Shown: positions 53,339 to 64,000, numbered from the stretch's first letter. The stretch is 64,000 bases of DNA from an uncultured delta proteobacterium (GCA_963711835.1 CAVQFQ010000009.1:18601-82600), one strand, 5' to 3'. Numbers and translations are program-made. Notes: generated from the letters alone by a model not told the origin.

Positions 53339-53516
53339 TTTTTGCCACAGACAACTGCAGGATCCCGCTTCCAGCGGGACGGCGACCTGCCGCTACCCTA
53401 ACCGTCCGCCCTTCGGGCACTAAAAAGACTTGGGCCAACAAGCAATATCCATCTAACGAGCTTTTCTGTTCGCGCCAGTCCCGCCTGGCGGGATCCGCCT
53501 TTGTCTGTGGCAAAAA
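53339..53516. repeat. 178-bp element with perfect 16-bp terminal inverted repeats and internal REP-like hairpins
   Basis: TTTTTGCCACAGACAA (53339-53354) / TTGTCTGTGGCAAAAA (53501-53516); gatcccgc..gcgggac and gtcccgc..gcgggatc inside. Confidence 0.7.
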
Positions 53517-53619
53517 AATTTGAACAGCCATTCATTTGTCGCAAATCCTTAGCTGATGAGGAGTTGCGGGTATGCAAGAAACTTTCTTTGCCAAATAAAA
53601 CAAAAAAATTCCAAAGGCA

Positions 53620-54390
53620 CTAAAGACCAGTTTGATCCAAAAATTCAATGATGGCTCGGTTGAGTTCAGCCGGTTTTTCCACCGGCAGCAGGTGGCCGGC
53701 AGCCAGGATGTGGACTCGTTGGGCCCCTTTGATTTTGTCGGCCAGGAACTCTCCGAACTTAGGCGGCGTGAGCAGGTCATCCTCACCGGTAACCACCAGG
53801 ACCCTGGCTCTGATTTCAGGTAGCCGTTCCCGAACATCAAACCGGTCGCAGGCCTGATAATCGCCGTAAACCACGGATGGTAGGCATTTCAGGTTGTCAT
53901 CCAGTATGGGTTGGATAATGGCCGGGTCGGTTTTTGGGGATATGGCGAACTGTTTAAATGATTCAACGAAGGCCGGGTAATTTTTTTCTATGGGCTCAAA
54001 GATTACCGGCGCAACCTTCATTTTGGCACCGGTACAGATAAGCACCCCGGCTAAAAAGTTTTTGGGATAATCCAGAAGCAATTGCAGGGTGATGGCCCCG
54101 CCCAGGCTCAAGCCGGCTGGAATGGGTCGTGGAGGATTCAATCGACTAATAAAATCCATGACCGCATGGGTATATTCCGGTATGGTTTGGTACCCCCCAC
54201 CAAGGCTCCGCCCATGCCCGGGAAGATCCAGGGCAATTGCATTGATCCGACCGCCAAGGCCCTTTAATTGGTTATCCCATATAATGCTCGAGAATCCAGA
54301 GGCATGGATAAAGACCAGTGTTGGTTTTCGGGAATCCAGCGGCCAGGTGTTGGCCTTAAAAGCTAAGCCCGCTTCAAAAAGCTCTTTCAT
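53620..54390 (-). CDS. Alpha/beta hydrolase
   Basis: LDLPGHGRS, GLSLGG nucleophile elbow, GEDD and AGHL motifs. Confidence 0.9.
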   Translation of the reverse strand: MKELFEAGLAFKANTWPLDSRKPTLVFIHASGFSSIIWDNQLKGLGGRINAIALDLPGHGRSLGGGYQTIPEYTHAVMDFISRLNPPRPIPAGLSLGGAITLQLLLDYPKNFLAGVLICTGAKMKVAPVIFEPIEKNYPAFVESFKQFAISPKTDPAIIQPILDDNLKCLPSVVYGDYQACDRFDVRERLPEIRARVLVVTGEDDLLTPPKFGEFLADKIKGAQRVHILAAGHLLPVEKPAELNRAIIEFLDQTGL

Positions 54391-54458
54391 GTCCTACCTT
54401 CCGGGGATAATTAACCTAAACGTTAAAAAAATTTTCGATTAGCCGATGCGTGAGCAAA

Positions 54459-54549
54459 ATCCCCCCTCGATCCCCCCTTTGGCAAAGGGGGGAAGGGAGA
54501 CTGTCCGACAAATCCCTCTCCCTTGATGGGAGAGGGTTGGGTGAGGGTG
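54459..54549. repeat. Two REP-like hairpins
   Basis: cccccctttggcaaagggggg and ccctctcccttgatgggagaggg...gggtgaggg. Confidence 0.65.
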
Positions 54550-54592
54550 TAACTATTTAGATGGATTGCCCAAATTTAATGCAACTGTTGGA

Positions 54593-56366
54593 TTAATCCT
54601 CGATTAGAATAAATTTTCTCTCAAAATTCTTAGCGCTGGGGAGAACTTTCATCCAGAAGGCCTTGTTTTCGGGATCCCCGGGATTAAAGAGGTGATCGTA
54701 TTTGATCCGGTCATCACCTGCCGGCATGCGCTCGACACCCCGGACGGCAAACTCGTGCAACTGGCGGGCATTCAACAGATGCGGGCTGAGGGCAATATAA
54801 AAGAGCCCCAATTTTTCCACTTCCCGCACAACCCGGCCCACCTCCAACCCGGCCTGCCTGAATTGGGCCAGGGCAACCAGAAGGCGGTCTCCAAGGCTCA
54901 TGGCGGCAATGGTATGTTCATTTTCAGATGGAATGCGGGACAACAGGTCCGATCCCTTGGGACGGGACGCGATGCGCTCTTTCATCTCGAACAAATTCGC
55001 TCCGGAGCTTCCCGCCAATACAAACACGAACTTGCCGGCTTTTTTAACGGCTGTATCCAAATAGGGCAGGAGAAGCTCATAGGGCCAGGGTTCCTTTGGT
55101 TTGGCATCCGCCTCATCGATCAAGGAAAGGCAGGGCTGTTCCGAGTTGAGTATTTCGGAAAGGCACGATCGAAATTCGGGTTCATCCATTTTTGCCATAT
55201 TGATTTCCTGGTATTGAACCGATGGAGCGATTGAGGCGGCTATCTGTTGAACGAAATACGTCTTCCCGGTCCCGGGCGGGGCCCAGATCAGGTGGTTTTC
55301 CCGTTTTGGGGTCGAGTGGCCGAAGCCGGATATGATTTTCTGCTTAATATCCTTTAAGGTATTTCGGACTTCCTCCTCATATCTGTTATATTCGCCGATG
55401 ATACGGTATTGCGACAAGGCAACCTTATCCAGGCTATCAATGAAGACTTGGGCTTTTAAAGCTGCCGGATCTTCCATCACCGGAGTCGTTTCAGTTTTGG
55501 TTGGTGTTTCAGCCTTTTTTGAGGGAAGAATTTCAACCGGATCTCCAAGGAATTCAGCGGTGGCTCGAAGTATGGCGTTGGCATCTCCAAAAAACGGGAT
55601 ATGGATATTCCCCTCCAGGGGAACAAAACGGGCCTTTGGGATCATGGCCGCCAATTCCCTGCCGCAATGGAATGGCATAGCTTTATCTTCGCGGCGGTGA
55701 ATCACCAGGGTAGGAACTTTTATTTTAGGCAGGAGGTCAATGACATCAAATGAATAAACCGCCCCCAATAACTTTGAGGCCAAGTCGGCGGTTGTCGATA
55801 ATCTTTGTAACCGGGTGAACCACTCAATAATCGAGGGTTCCCCCCCAGGCAAAAAAATATCAGCCAAGGTTTTAGAACCGATTCCCCAAGCCGCTTTGAT
55901 CATTGATATAAAGGAGGCTTTAAATTCATCGGGGGCCAATGCGCTTCCACAGGAGTAGGTAGCATAAAGAATAAGATGCGTAATCCGTTTGGGATGCTTG
56001 ATGGAATAGGCTATGGCAACAGGTCCGGCTTGAGAAAAGCCGAACAGGGCGAAACGTTTTAACTTGAGATGATCGACCACCGCTTCCAGAGACCTTACTT
56101 CCGACTCAAGGGAAAAGTCGGTCCGGCTTCGTTCAGAGAGGCCGCAGCCCTGTTTGTCATAGGTCACAAAGGTATGGTTCTGTGTCCCTTTCTCCAAATA
56201 ATCTCTGGCTGCCGGATGATCCCAGGCTAGTTGTAAATGGCTGACCCACCCTGGAGGGATAACGAGAAAGGATCCTTGGCCCACTGTCCCATAGGCGATG
56301 CGGGACCTTGTCGGAGGTAACACAAAACCCTATCTTAAACTCTATTTCTTGTTTTACCGGCTCCAT
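54593..56366 (-). CDS. Alpha/beta hydrolase-fold domain fused to an AAA+ ATPase; one frameshift near 56303
   Basis: VTSDKV/RIAYGTVGQG, YDKQGCGLS and GFSQAG, then WAPPGTGKT Walker A and LIDEAD Walker B. Confidence 0.78.
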
Positions 56367-56649
56367 AAATGACCCTCCAGTCACGAAGACTTTACCAAGA
56401 TTGAAACCCCCCCATCCCTTAAAGCGGAATGCATTTAAATTGGCGGGTACCTCCCCGCCAACTTAAAATTTTATTTTCTGAGTTCTCTGTGCCTCCGTGG
56501 TGAAAAATCTTTGTTAAACAAGAAGTTAAAATAGTAACAAACTTACCCAAAGAAGTCAAAATCGGGAACTACTCGGTGCGAGACCCTCGAATAAATTCGT
56601 CTCAGTAGATCCATCCTAAAGCGTATGATGGCCGTAGGCCTGAGGTCCT

Positions 56650-56679
56650 AAGGAGAATCACGCAAGGCGGATTCTCCTT
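56650..56679 (-). terminator. Hairpin after the second amidase
   Basis: aaggagaatc / gattctcctt inverted repeat next to the stop codon. Confidence 0.6.
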
Positions 56680-56681
56680 TC

Positions 56682-58167
56682 TCAATCTTTTGTCATGCTG
56701 CAATGTATTGGCGGTGTTCTCCGGGACCAGGGTCTGGCCTGCTCCAACTGGCCTGCCAGCCGGAAGAGAGTGGCTTCGTCGCCGAAGCGGCCGGCAAATT
56801 GAACACCGATAGGCACATTCTCTTTATTCCAGAAAAGGGGCATCGACATGGCCGGCTGGCCAGTCATGTTCTGAACCCGGGTGAAGGCAACGAAGGCATT
56901 GGTTACCTCAAGCCATTTTCTGGGAGACTCCGGGTCCCATTGAAAGGCCCCAATCTGGGTAGGCGGTATCCTCATGGTCGGGGAAAGGAGCAGATCATAA
57001 TCGTCGTCGTGATACCATTGGGCCATCTTTCGCGAGAAACGCTGGATTCCTTCCAAGGCAACCAGGTAATCGGCCCCGGTGCGTTTTAAACCGGCCCGGT
57101 AAACCGCCCAGGTGATTGGCTCCAGCTCTTCCTGGGTGATCTTCCTGGCCAGTTCTTTTTCCCAATAGGCCACAAAATACCCTGCCAGGCAGGAGAAAAC
57201 GCTGCCGAAGGTTACGGCGATATTCGAATAAGCGAACAGGTCTGCACGGACTTCTTCAACTCTATGCCCCAGGTTTTCGCAAAGCCGGGCGGCATCCGTT
57301 ACCGCCTCCAGGCAGTCCGAGTGGAGATGGGCTTCAAGATCCCATCCTTCCGGGACAGAGGCCAGAAACCCGATCTTCAGGCTTCCCGGATCGCGCCCGA
57401 CCTCCTCAAGGAAAGGGCGCTCCTTCGCCGGAGAGGCAAAGGCATCCCCCAGGTCCGGTCCGGAGGTCAAATCCAGAAGGGCGGCCGAGTCTCTCACTGT
57501 CCGGGTTAGCCCATGTTCATGCGTGAGTCCACTCCCCAGGTCACCGAAGAGAGGTCCCAAGGGATTCCGTCCTCTGGTGGGCTTTAGACCGAAGAGCCCG
57601 CAGCAGGAAGCCGGGATCCGGATGGATCCCCCGCCATCGTTTCCATGGGCCATGGGTACGATCCCGGTCGCCACGGCCGCGGCCGACCCGCCGCTGGAAC
57701 CCCCCGGGGTTAAGGCCGGATTCCAGGGGTTTCGTGTGGGCCCATAAAGGATCGGCTCGGTGGTGGGCAGGAGCCCGAACTCCGGGGTGTTCGTCTTGCC
57801 GAGGATGATCAATCCCCCGGCCCGCTGGCGTCTAACCAGTTCGCTGTCGAGTTTGGAGACATAGCCTTTGGCCGCACGAGATCCCTCGTCAAAAGGCGTC
57901 CCTTCATATTCGGCCAGAAGGTTCTTCAACAGGAAGGGGACACCGGCGAAGACAGCTCGGTTCGTTTTTTGTTTTTAATCTTTTCCGACCACTGCTTTGC
58001 CTCTGCGCGGGCCTGGTCGTAGAGTTTGTGGATCACGGCATTGAGCCTGGGATTCACCCGCTCGATCCGCTCGATGGTGATCTCCAGAAGCTCCGTGGAG
58101 TAATCTCGCCCTTCCGGATCAGGTTTCCCAACTCGATAGCATCATAGCCAATCAGTTCATCAGTCAT
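56682..58167 (-). CDS. Amidase-signature family amidase, frameshifts in the 5' part
   Basis: [14 protein letters not shown]..., [22 protein letters not shown] and [10 protein letters not shown]. Confidence 0.85.
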
Positions 58168-58292
58168 AACGGTATTTTTCCTCCAAACCCGGAAAATCAA
58201 AAAGAACAATTTTTTGCCAAAGACAAAACAGGAAAGAGTGGCGGCGACCTGCCTCTCAGTTGAGTTAACCGAAGGCCGACCCTTCTTTGTTT

Positions 58293-58813
58293 CTACCTGA
58301 AGTAAGTGGTTATCCAGATCATCAGCAAGAACCCTATGAATTGGGACAAATGCCCCACCAGGCAATCCGGTAGTTGAAATACTTTTTCCTGGTGATCACC
58401 CCGATTTCATATATTTGATAGGTTAGGTCCCGGAAGATGTCTTCTTCGGAGGCCTTGGAAAAATCCTTATAATATTCCTTGGCCTCTTTTCGTTTGGCGA
58501 TGTGACCGAAAAAAATTAACTGAGGAACCGATTCCTTCGTTTTTACCCCGGACCGGGCCAGCAGGGCCTGCAAAGCAAAAATCATGAAAAAGATCAACGC
58601 CAGCAGGTAGTATAAAAGGATAGCATAGGATATCCAATCCCTGTGCAGGGTCCCCAGCTTTGTAAAAACTATCGTGGCCATGACCCCGCTGAATGCCAGG
58701 AGCATATAAACTTTCTGGTCGGCCATTTTGATCATGTTTTGAAGATTGAGATAGATCCGCCAGGCCGGATCATTCTTTGCCATAAGATATTCTACCAGGT
58801 CGTATTCATCCAT
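58293..58813 (-). CDS. Pycsar effector-like membrane protein (DUF5706/PycTM-like); frameshift near 58345 hides the last TM helix
   Basis: IKMADQKVYMLL, two TM helices, LIFFGHIA and QIYEIG.I..KKY; an adjacent frame continues QFIGFLLMIWITTYFR* to 58293. Confidence 0.8.
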
Positions 58814-58834
58814 TCTTGTTCCTTTCAGGATATT

Positions 58835-61800
58835 TCAGCCAGTTTCCTTTCCGTCTTTCTCCACCCAGCCGTCGGCGCCGCATTCTTTGAAGATTTCTAT
58901 GGCTTTGCCGAGATTCTCCTGGGCTTTTAATCTATCGCCTTTTCGTTTGAACAACTCTGCATAAAGGGCATAATCTTTTCCCAGGTGGAACATCATTCGG
59001 TTCCTTTGATCGGCTTCGATGGCCTTCTGAATCCAATGTTCTGCCTCAGATATGTGTTGATCATCAATATTGAGCAGAATCTCTCCTATATATCTTTGAA
59101 TCCAGCCTTCGACTACTTTTACCTTATTATTTCGTGAATGGGCATACAAAGATTCTAAATTCACATCTTTCTCTTTATTCATCACCTTTGATCTTGCTAA
59201 ACCTACTTTTCCAACATTCGCCCAGGAAGGCCATAATCGATTATTCTCTAAAACCCAACTCGCTTTTTCGTAATGTTCTTTGGATCTTTCGAAATCTCCC
59301 ATTTCAAAATAGGTCTCTCCCAAGGTTAAATCGTGCAACCGCATTCCAGGAATGGAAATTGATCTTTTCACAAAATTCGAGTCCCTTCAAAAGATATTTT
59401 TCTGCCTCTTCCAGTAATCTTTTTCCATAACAGGAAACTCCATGGCTTATATACGCAATCGCTTTGGAATAAATATCCCCGCTTTCTTCGGCAATGCGGA
59501 GAGCCTCCTGGTAGTTTGGAATTGCAAATTTATTTTTCCATTGTAGTAATAAGAAAAATAGGCCAGATTGCTCTTTATTACTGCAATCCCCCAAAGATTT
59601 TTTACTGCCACATTAATATCAAGAGCTCTTTGGAAATAGTTTGTTGATCTTTCAAATTCACAGTTCCAACCTAAAGCACATCCAAACCAGAAGCTTGCCA
59701 AAACTGAAGTGACAATGTCTTTTACTTCTTCCGATATCTTTAAAGCCTCTTCCAAAGCCTTAAATGCCTCTGGATAATTTTCTTCCACAAAAAAATGGTA
59801 TGTGCCAAAGATGGTGTATATCTGGCAAAGCCTCTTCTTATAATTGTGTTTTATGGCCAAATCAATAATCGGGTCGATGGCTTCTTTTGCCTCAACATGA
59901 TAGTTCATTTGAGCCATATAGAGCCCAAGGGCCGTCCTGGCATCAATAATTTGTTTTTCTACATCATCTGTCTGGGGTAATCGTTCAAGAGATGTTACTC
60001 TTTTCTTTGCATGGGCAATCGCATCATTTAACGAAGCTGTCTTTTCAGCCTTCCTGCTTGCCAACCTTGAATACTCAGCACTCTTTAAATAATTCTCACT
60101 TAAAAAATAGTGCTCGGCTAAAACTTCGTAATGTCTCACTTAAATTATCTTTATATAATTCCTCGATAGCGTTCCCGATCTCTTCATGAAGTTTCTTCTT
60201 TCTCTTGGCCAATATCGAGTCATAAACTACTTCACGGGTCAGGGCATGTTTAAAGATATAATTCGATTGAGGGTATATGCCTCTCTCATAGAGAAGTTCT
60301 GAATCCTTTAAGATGGAAAGATAGGAGAGCAATTCTTTTTCTGGGAGACCTGTTACCTGATTTATCAATGGATAGCTGAACTCCCTCTCGATGACAGACC
60401 CGGTCTGAAGCACTTCTTTTGCCCCTTCAGGCAGCGAGTCAACTCTTGCCATGATCACATCCTGGATTGTTGACGGAATGGTCATCTGCTGGATATCTTT
60501 TGAAAGACCGTATACGTTTCCTCTTTTTTCTATGATTTTTAGGTCTTTAAGGGATTTTATAAACTCCTCAAGAAAAATGGGACACCTTCTGTCTTCTCAA
60601 GAATCAATTCCTCCAGGGTCTTTTCAATTTCCTTTGTGCCCAAAAGGTAGGAGTCACCATCTCAAGGCTTTCTCGGTTGGAAAGCCGATGCAAAGTTAAC
60701 TGATTGTGATAGGACTTGCCGCCCCAGGTGGAATAAATTCAGGCCGATAGGTGAATATCAACAAAACCCTTGACCCTGGTATGCTCTCCAAATAGTTTTT
60801 TACTACATCCTCTGAACTCTTATCCATCCAGTGCAGGTCCTCAAAGGCGATGATCAGGGGCCGTATCTCAGAACCCTTAAGAACAATCCGCTTGAATGCC
60901 TCACTAATCCTATCTTTCTTTGCCTCAGGACTCAGGGAGATCTGATCAATACCACTATCTTTGACCGATAGAAGCTCAAGAAGATAGGGGAGGGTGGAGC
61001 TTCATCGATCCACCGATCAGTTCCAGGCCCTCTTTTGACCTTTTCTCTGATTTCCTGATCTCCTTCTCCCTTCCTGGATATCGAAGTTTGACTTCAGGAT
61101 GTCTATGAATGGATGATAGGGGATACCCCTGCCGTAAGAGAGGCACTTCCCTTCCAGAAAGGTAACATCCTCGTTGGCAACAGCCTTTCTGAATTCATAC
61201 AAGAGCCTGGATTTGCCCACCCCGGCTTCGGATATGATGGAAAAGGCCTGACCCTTTCCTGCCTTGGCTCGCTCAAAGCCATCCAGCAAAAGCTCAAGCT
61301 CCCGCTCCCTTCCAACAAAAGGAGTTAGACCCCGCTCGGCACTGACATCAAATCTGGTCCTCCTGGTGCTGGGGGCAATCACCTGATAGACCTTGACCGG
61401 CGTCTTCCTTGCCTTTAACCTGCTTTTCCCCCAGGCCTTCAAACCGGAAGAAACCCTTCGGTCAGTTTGAAGGTATCTTCGGTCACATAGGTGGTCCCAG
61501 GTTCTGCCAGGCCTTCCATCCGGGAGGCCAGATTTACCGTATCCCCGATGACCTTGAACTCCACGCGCAGGTCATTGCCGATAGTACCCACGACCACCGG
61601 ACCGGTGTGGATCCCGATCCGCATCCGGATGGCCGGTCCTCTGGCCTCTTCCTGGATCCGGTGGCTGAATTTGGTCACCTCCTGGTGGATGGCCAGGGCC
61701 GCGCTGATGGCCCGCTGGGCGGCGTTTTCCAAGGCAATCGGAGCGCCGAAAAGGGCCATGATGCCGTCCCCCCGGAATTCCTGGACCGTCCCTTCGTACT

Positions 61801-62195
61801 TGTGGACCTGCTGGGTCAGGATTCCGAAGATCTCATCGATCAGGGCAAAGGCCTTTTCATCCCCGAGCTTTTCGGTCAGGGCCGTGGAGCCCTCCAGGTC
61901 GCAGAACATGACCGTGACCTGCCGGCGTTCCCCTTCGATCCGGCCTTTCTGGGCCAGGATCTTCTCGGTCAGTTCCTTCGGGCAGCGGGGATGGGGCCGG
62001 CCGTTTTTCTGGAAGGGATTTTTGAGGAGGTGTTTCCGAAGGTGCAGCCAAGGCCTGACCGCATTGATTGCAGAATTTGCTTTCCGGCGGATTGACTTCA
62101 CTGCACCGGGGGCAGGCCAGTTCAATTTTGGCCGCGCATTCGTTACAAAACTTGGCGCCCTCCGGATTCTCATGACCGCAGGCAGGGCATCTCAT
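58835..62195 (-). CDS. Double zinc ribbon / class III nucleotide cyclase / STAND-type ATPase / TPR protein, many frameshifts
   Basis: Four CxxC pairs; TVMFCDLEGST, QEFRGDGIMALFG and IGDTVNLASRME; VGRERE, EAGVGKS and FEDLHW (about 60830); FKHALTREVVY; TPR-like helical repeats, in collinear ORF pieces. Confidence 0.85.
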
Positions 62196-62272
62196 TTTAT
62201 TTTCTCCCATGTTCGACTTGGTACTACCATCCAAAGACCTTATGAAAGAGATGATCGGAATTGACCGGGCGA

Positions 62273-63434
62273 TCAGGCAATAATAACTCCATCCCAGAGC
62301 ATCGAAAGAAAATCGCGCCAGGGCACGATATGGATATCATCGTGAATCCGTCGGTTACGTTCATTGCAGACGAGGTAGGCGCTCCTTGGATGGTATTCCT
62401 GGATGAAGGCCTTTAGGGGACGGAGGTCTGCGCTATCGACACGACTGGTGCCCTTTACTTCAACGGCGATCTTCCCCACGGCCCAAAATAAAATCAACTT
62501 CCAGACCCGTTTTGGTTCTCCAGAAATTGACCTCATAATCCAGCTCGCTGTAGGAACGGTGGGCCATGATCTCCATGAGGATAAAATGTTCGAAGGCCCT
62601 TCCGAACTGCTCTCCCTTTTGTTCGGGAATAAGACGCCCGGTGAGACCGCCGGCAATCCCGACATCGAACAGGTAAAACTTTCCAGCCTTGGTGATTACC
62701 TGACGTTCCTGTCGTTTTTTGTATGGCTCGATCATGGTGCCGAGCAGGGTGTCAACCAGGATTTGATAATATTCTTTGACGGTTTTAGCATCCACGCCGC
62801 ATTCCCGGGCGATGTTGGCATAGTTGGTCAGTTCCCCATGGGAATATCCCATGGCCTCAAAAAAGCGTGAAAAGGCGGGAATGTTCCGGGTCAGACCTTC
62901 ATCAAACACTTCCTCCTTGAGATAATCCCGGACATAAGCCCGAAGCGATTTACGGTATTCTTCTTCCAAATAGTGCGCGGGTATCATGCCTCTATTTAAC
63001 ACCTTGAGGAGATCCAGGTTTTCCACTTCTCTGGAGACCAGCGGGTGCATTTCATAACGCCAGGCCCGACCTCCAAGCAAATTGGCTTTGCCTCGTTTCA
63101 GTTTCCTGGCGCTGGAACCGCATAAAAGGAAACGAAGACCCTTGTTCTCGATCAGCCAGTGGACTTCGTCAAGCAATTGCGGGACCTTTTGGACTTCATC
63201 AATGATTATCGGTTCCTTTAATTGCCGTGGGGTGGATGCCAGGAGCTGTTCCCGCAACAGATAGGGACGCTTGGTGAAATCCAGGAAAAGATCGGTTTGC
63301 AACATATCGTACATCAGGCTGTTCGGGAAAGCCTCCTTAAGGTAGGTTGTTTTTCCTGTTTTTCTTGGTCCCCAAAGAAAAGCCGACTTTCCCTTCGGCA
63401 GGTTAATCCGGATTATTCGTTTGATGTTAACCAT
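62273..63434 (-). CDS. AAA_14 + DUF4143 ATPase, frameshift near 62480
   Basis: GPRKTGKT, IIIDEVQ, CGSS, KFYLFDVG, FWRTKTGLEVDF and AVEVK motifs. Confidence 0.88.
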
Positions 63435-63633
63435 TAAGGATATAACTCCTTTTTAGTAAAACTAAAATGGAATATATTCTTCGGAAATTACCTGTCAACA
63501 AAAAGCATTCCTTGTCATATTTCTCCATCTACCCATCCGCGCCGCATTCCCCGCAGAACTTCACCCCTTCAGGATTTTCCGTTTGGCAAATTGGACACTG
63601 CATGGTTCCCTCCTATAAAATAGGAAGCCGAAC

Positions 63634-64000
63634 TTAATCCAATACGTTCCACCAGGAGATTGCTTTAAGGCCTTTAAAGGTAAAGGGTTGATCAATGTTG
63701 GCAACAATGACGCCGCCATCGGCGGATCCACTTGCCAATTCCTTCCATTTAAGCAGCGACTCAGCATGACCGGGAAGCAGCGTTGCGGTAGCCTTGATCT
63801 CCAGGGGGTACAAGTGGCCGTTGCGATCAATAAGCAGATCCACCTCCAACCCGGTCTTTGACCGCCAATAATAAAGTTCAGGGTGCTCGCCCCGATGGCA
63901 AAAGGCCTTGACCGACTCCGAAACCACCAACGTCTCGAAGAGAGGCCCCATCATCGGTCCCCTCTTTAACGGTTCCTCTGAATGGAGTCCCATCAAATAG
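63634..64000 (-). CDS. DUF4143 ATPase, C-terminal part (5' end outside the window)
   Basis: GPLFETLV, YYWRSKTGLEVDLL and PLEIK motifs. Confidence 0.85.
   Translation of the reverse strand, partial: YLMGLHSEEPLKRGPMMGPLFETLVVSESVKAFCHRGEHPELYYWRSKTGLEVDLLIDRNGHLYPLEIKATATLLPGHAESLLKWKELASGSADGGVIVANIDQPFTFKGLKAISWWNVLD

Noticed and set aside
56653-56665. gagaatcacgcaa match to the end of the 5.7-kb palindromic element
   Set aside because: Only 13 bp, and explained as part of a local terminator hairpin.
58204-58220. Sigma54 promoter in the amidase upstream motif (TGGCAAAAAATTGTT)
   Set aside because: It lacks the GC at -12 with the correct spacing.

Overview
Chromosomal window from an anaerobic, probably Desulfobacterota-like bacterium (inferred from gene content). 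From left to right it holds: PAS-GGDEF/HD-GYP c-di-GMP genes, an Fe/Mn SOD and a TetR-RND efflux operon; a toxin-antitoxin and defence-remnant island (18.1-22.9 kb); tRNA-Gly and the rimP-nusA-infB-rbfA-truB-rpsO-pnp-dut block; a decayed patch with an internally deleted class II photolyase; an ECF sigma/anti-sigma/VIT-vWA unit; a sigma54-type PEP-CTERM gene; lipid/amide catabolism genes; and a defence-like right end. There are three main candidates. (1) A zinc-ribbon/class III cyclase/STAND ATPase/TPR gene, with non-adenylate specificity residues, lies 21 bp upstream of a Pycsar-type (DUF5706/PycTM-like) membrane effector. (2) Two orphan type III-like CRISPR repeats with a leader-like flank bracket a 1.8-kb block of toxin-antitoxin genes. 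(3) A 320-bp fold-back element has a second half-copy 30 kb away. Single-base frameshifts, including one in the essential gene infB and many beyond 50 kb, are probably assembly errors. All family calls come from motif recognition by eye; no database searches were run.
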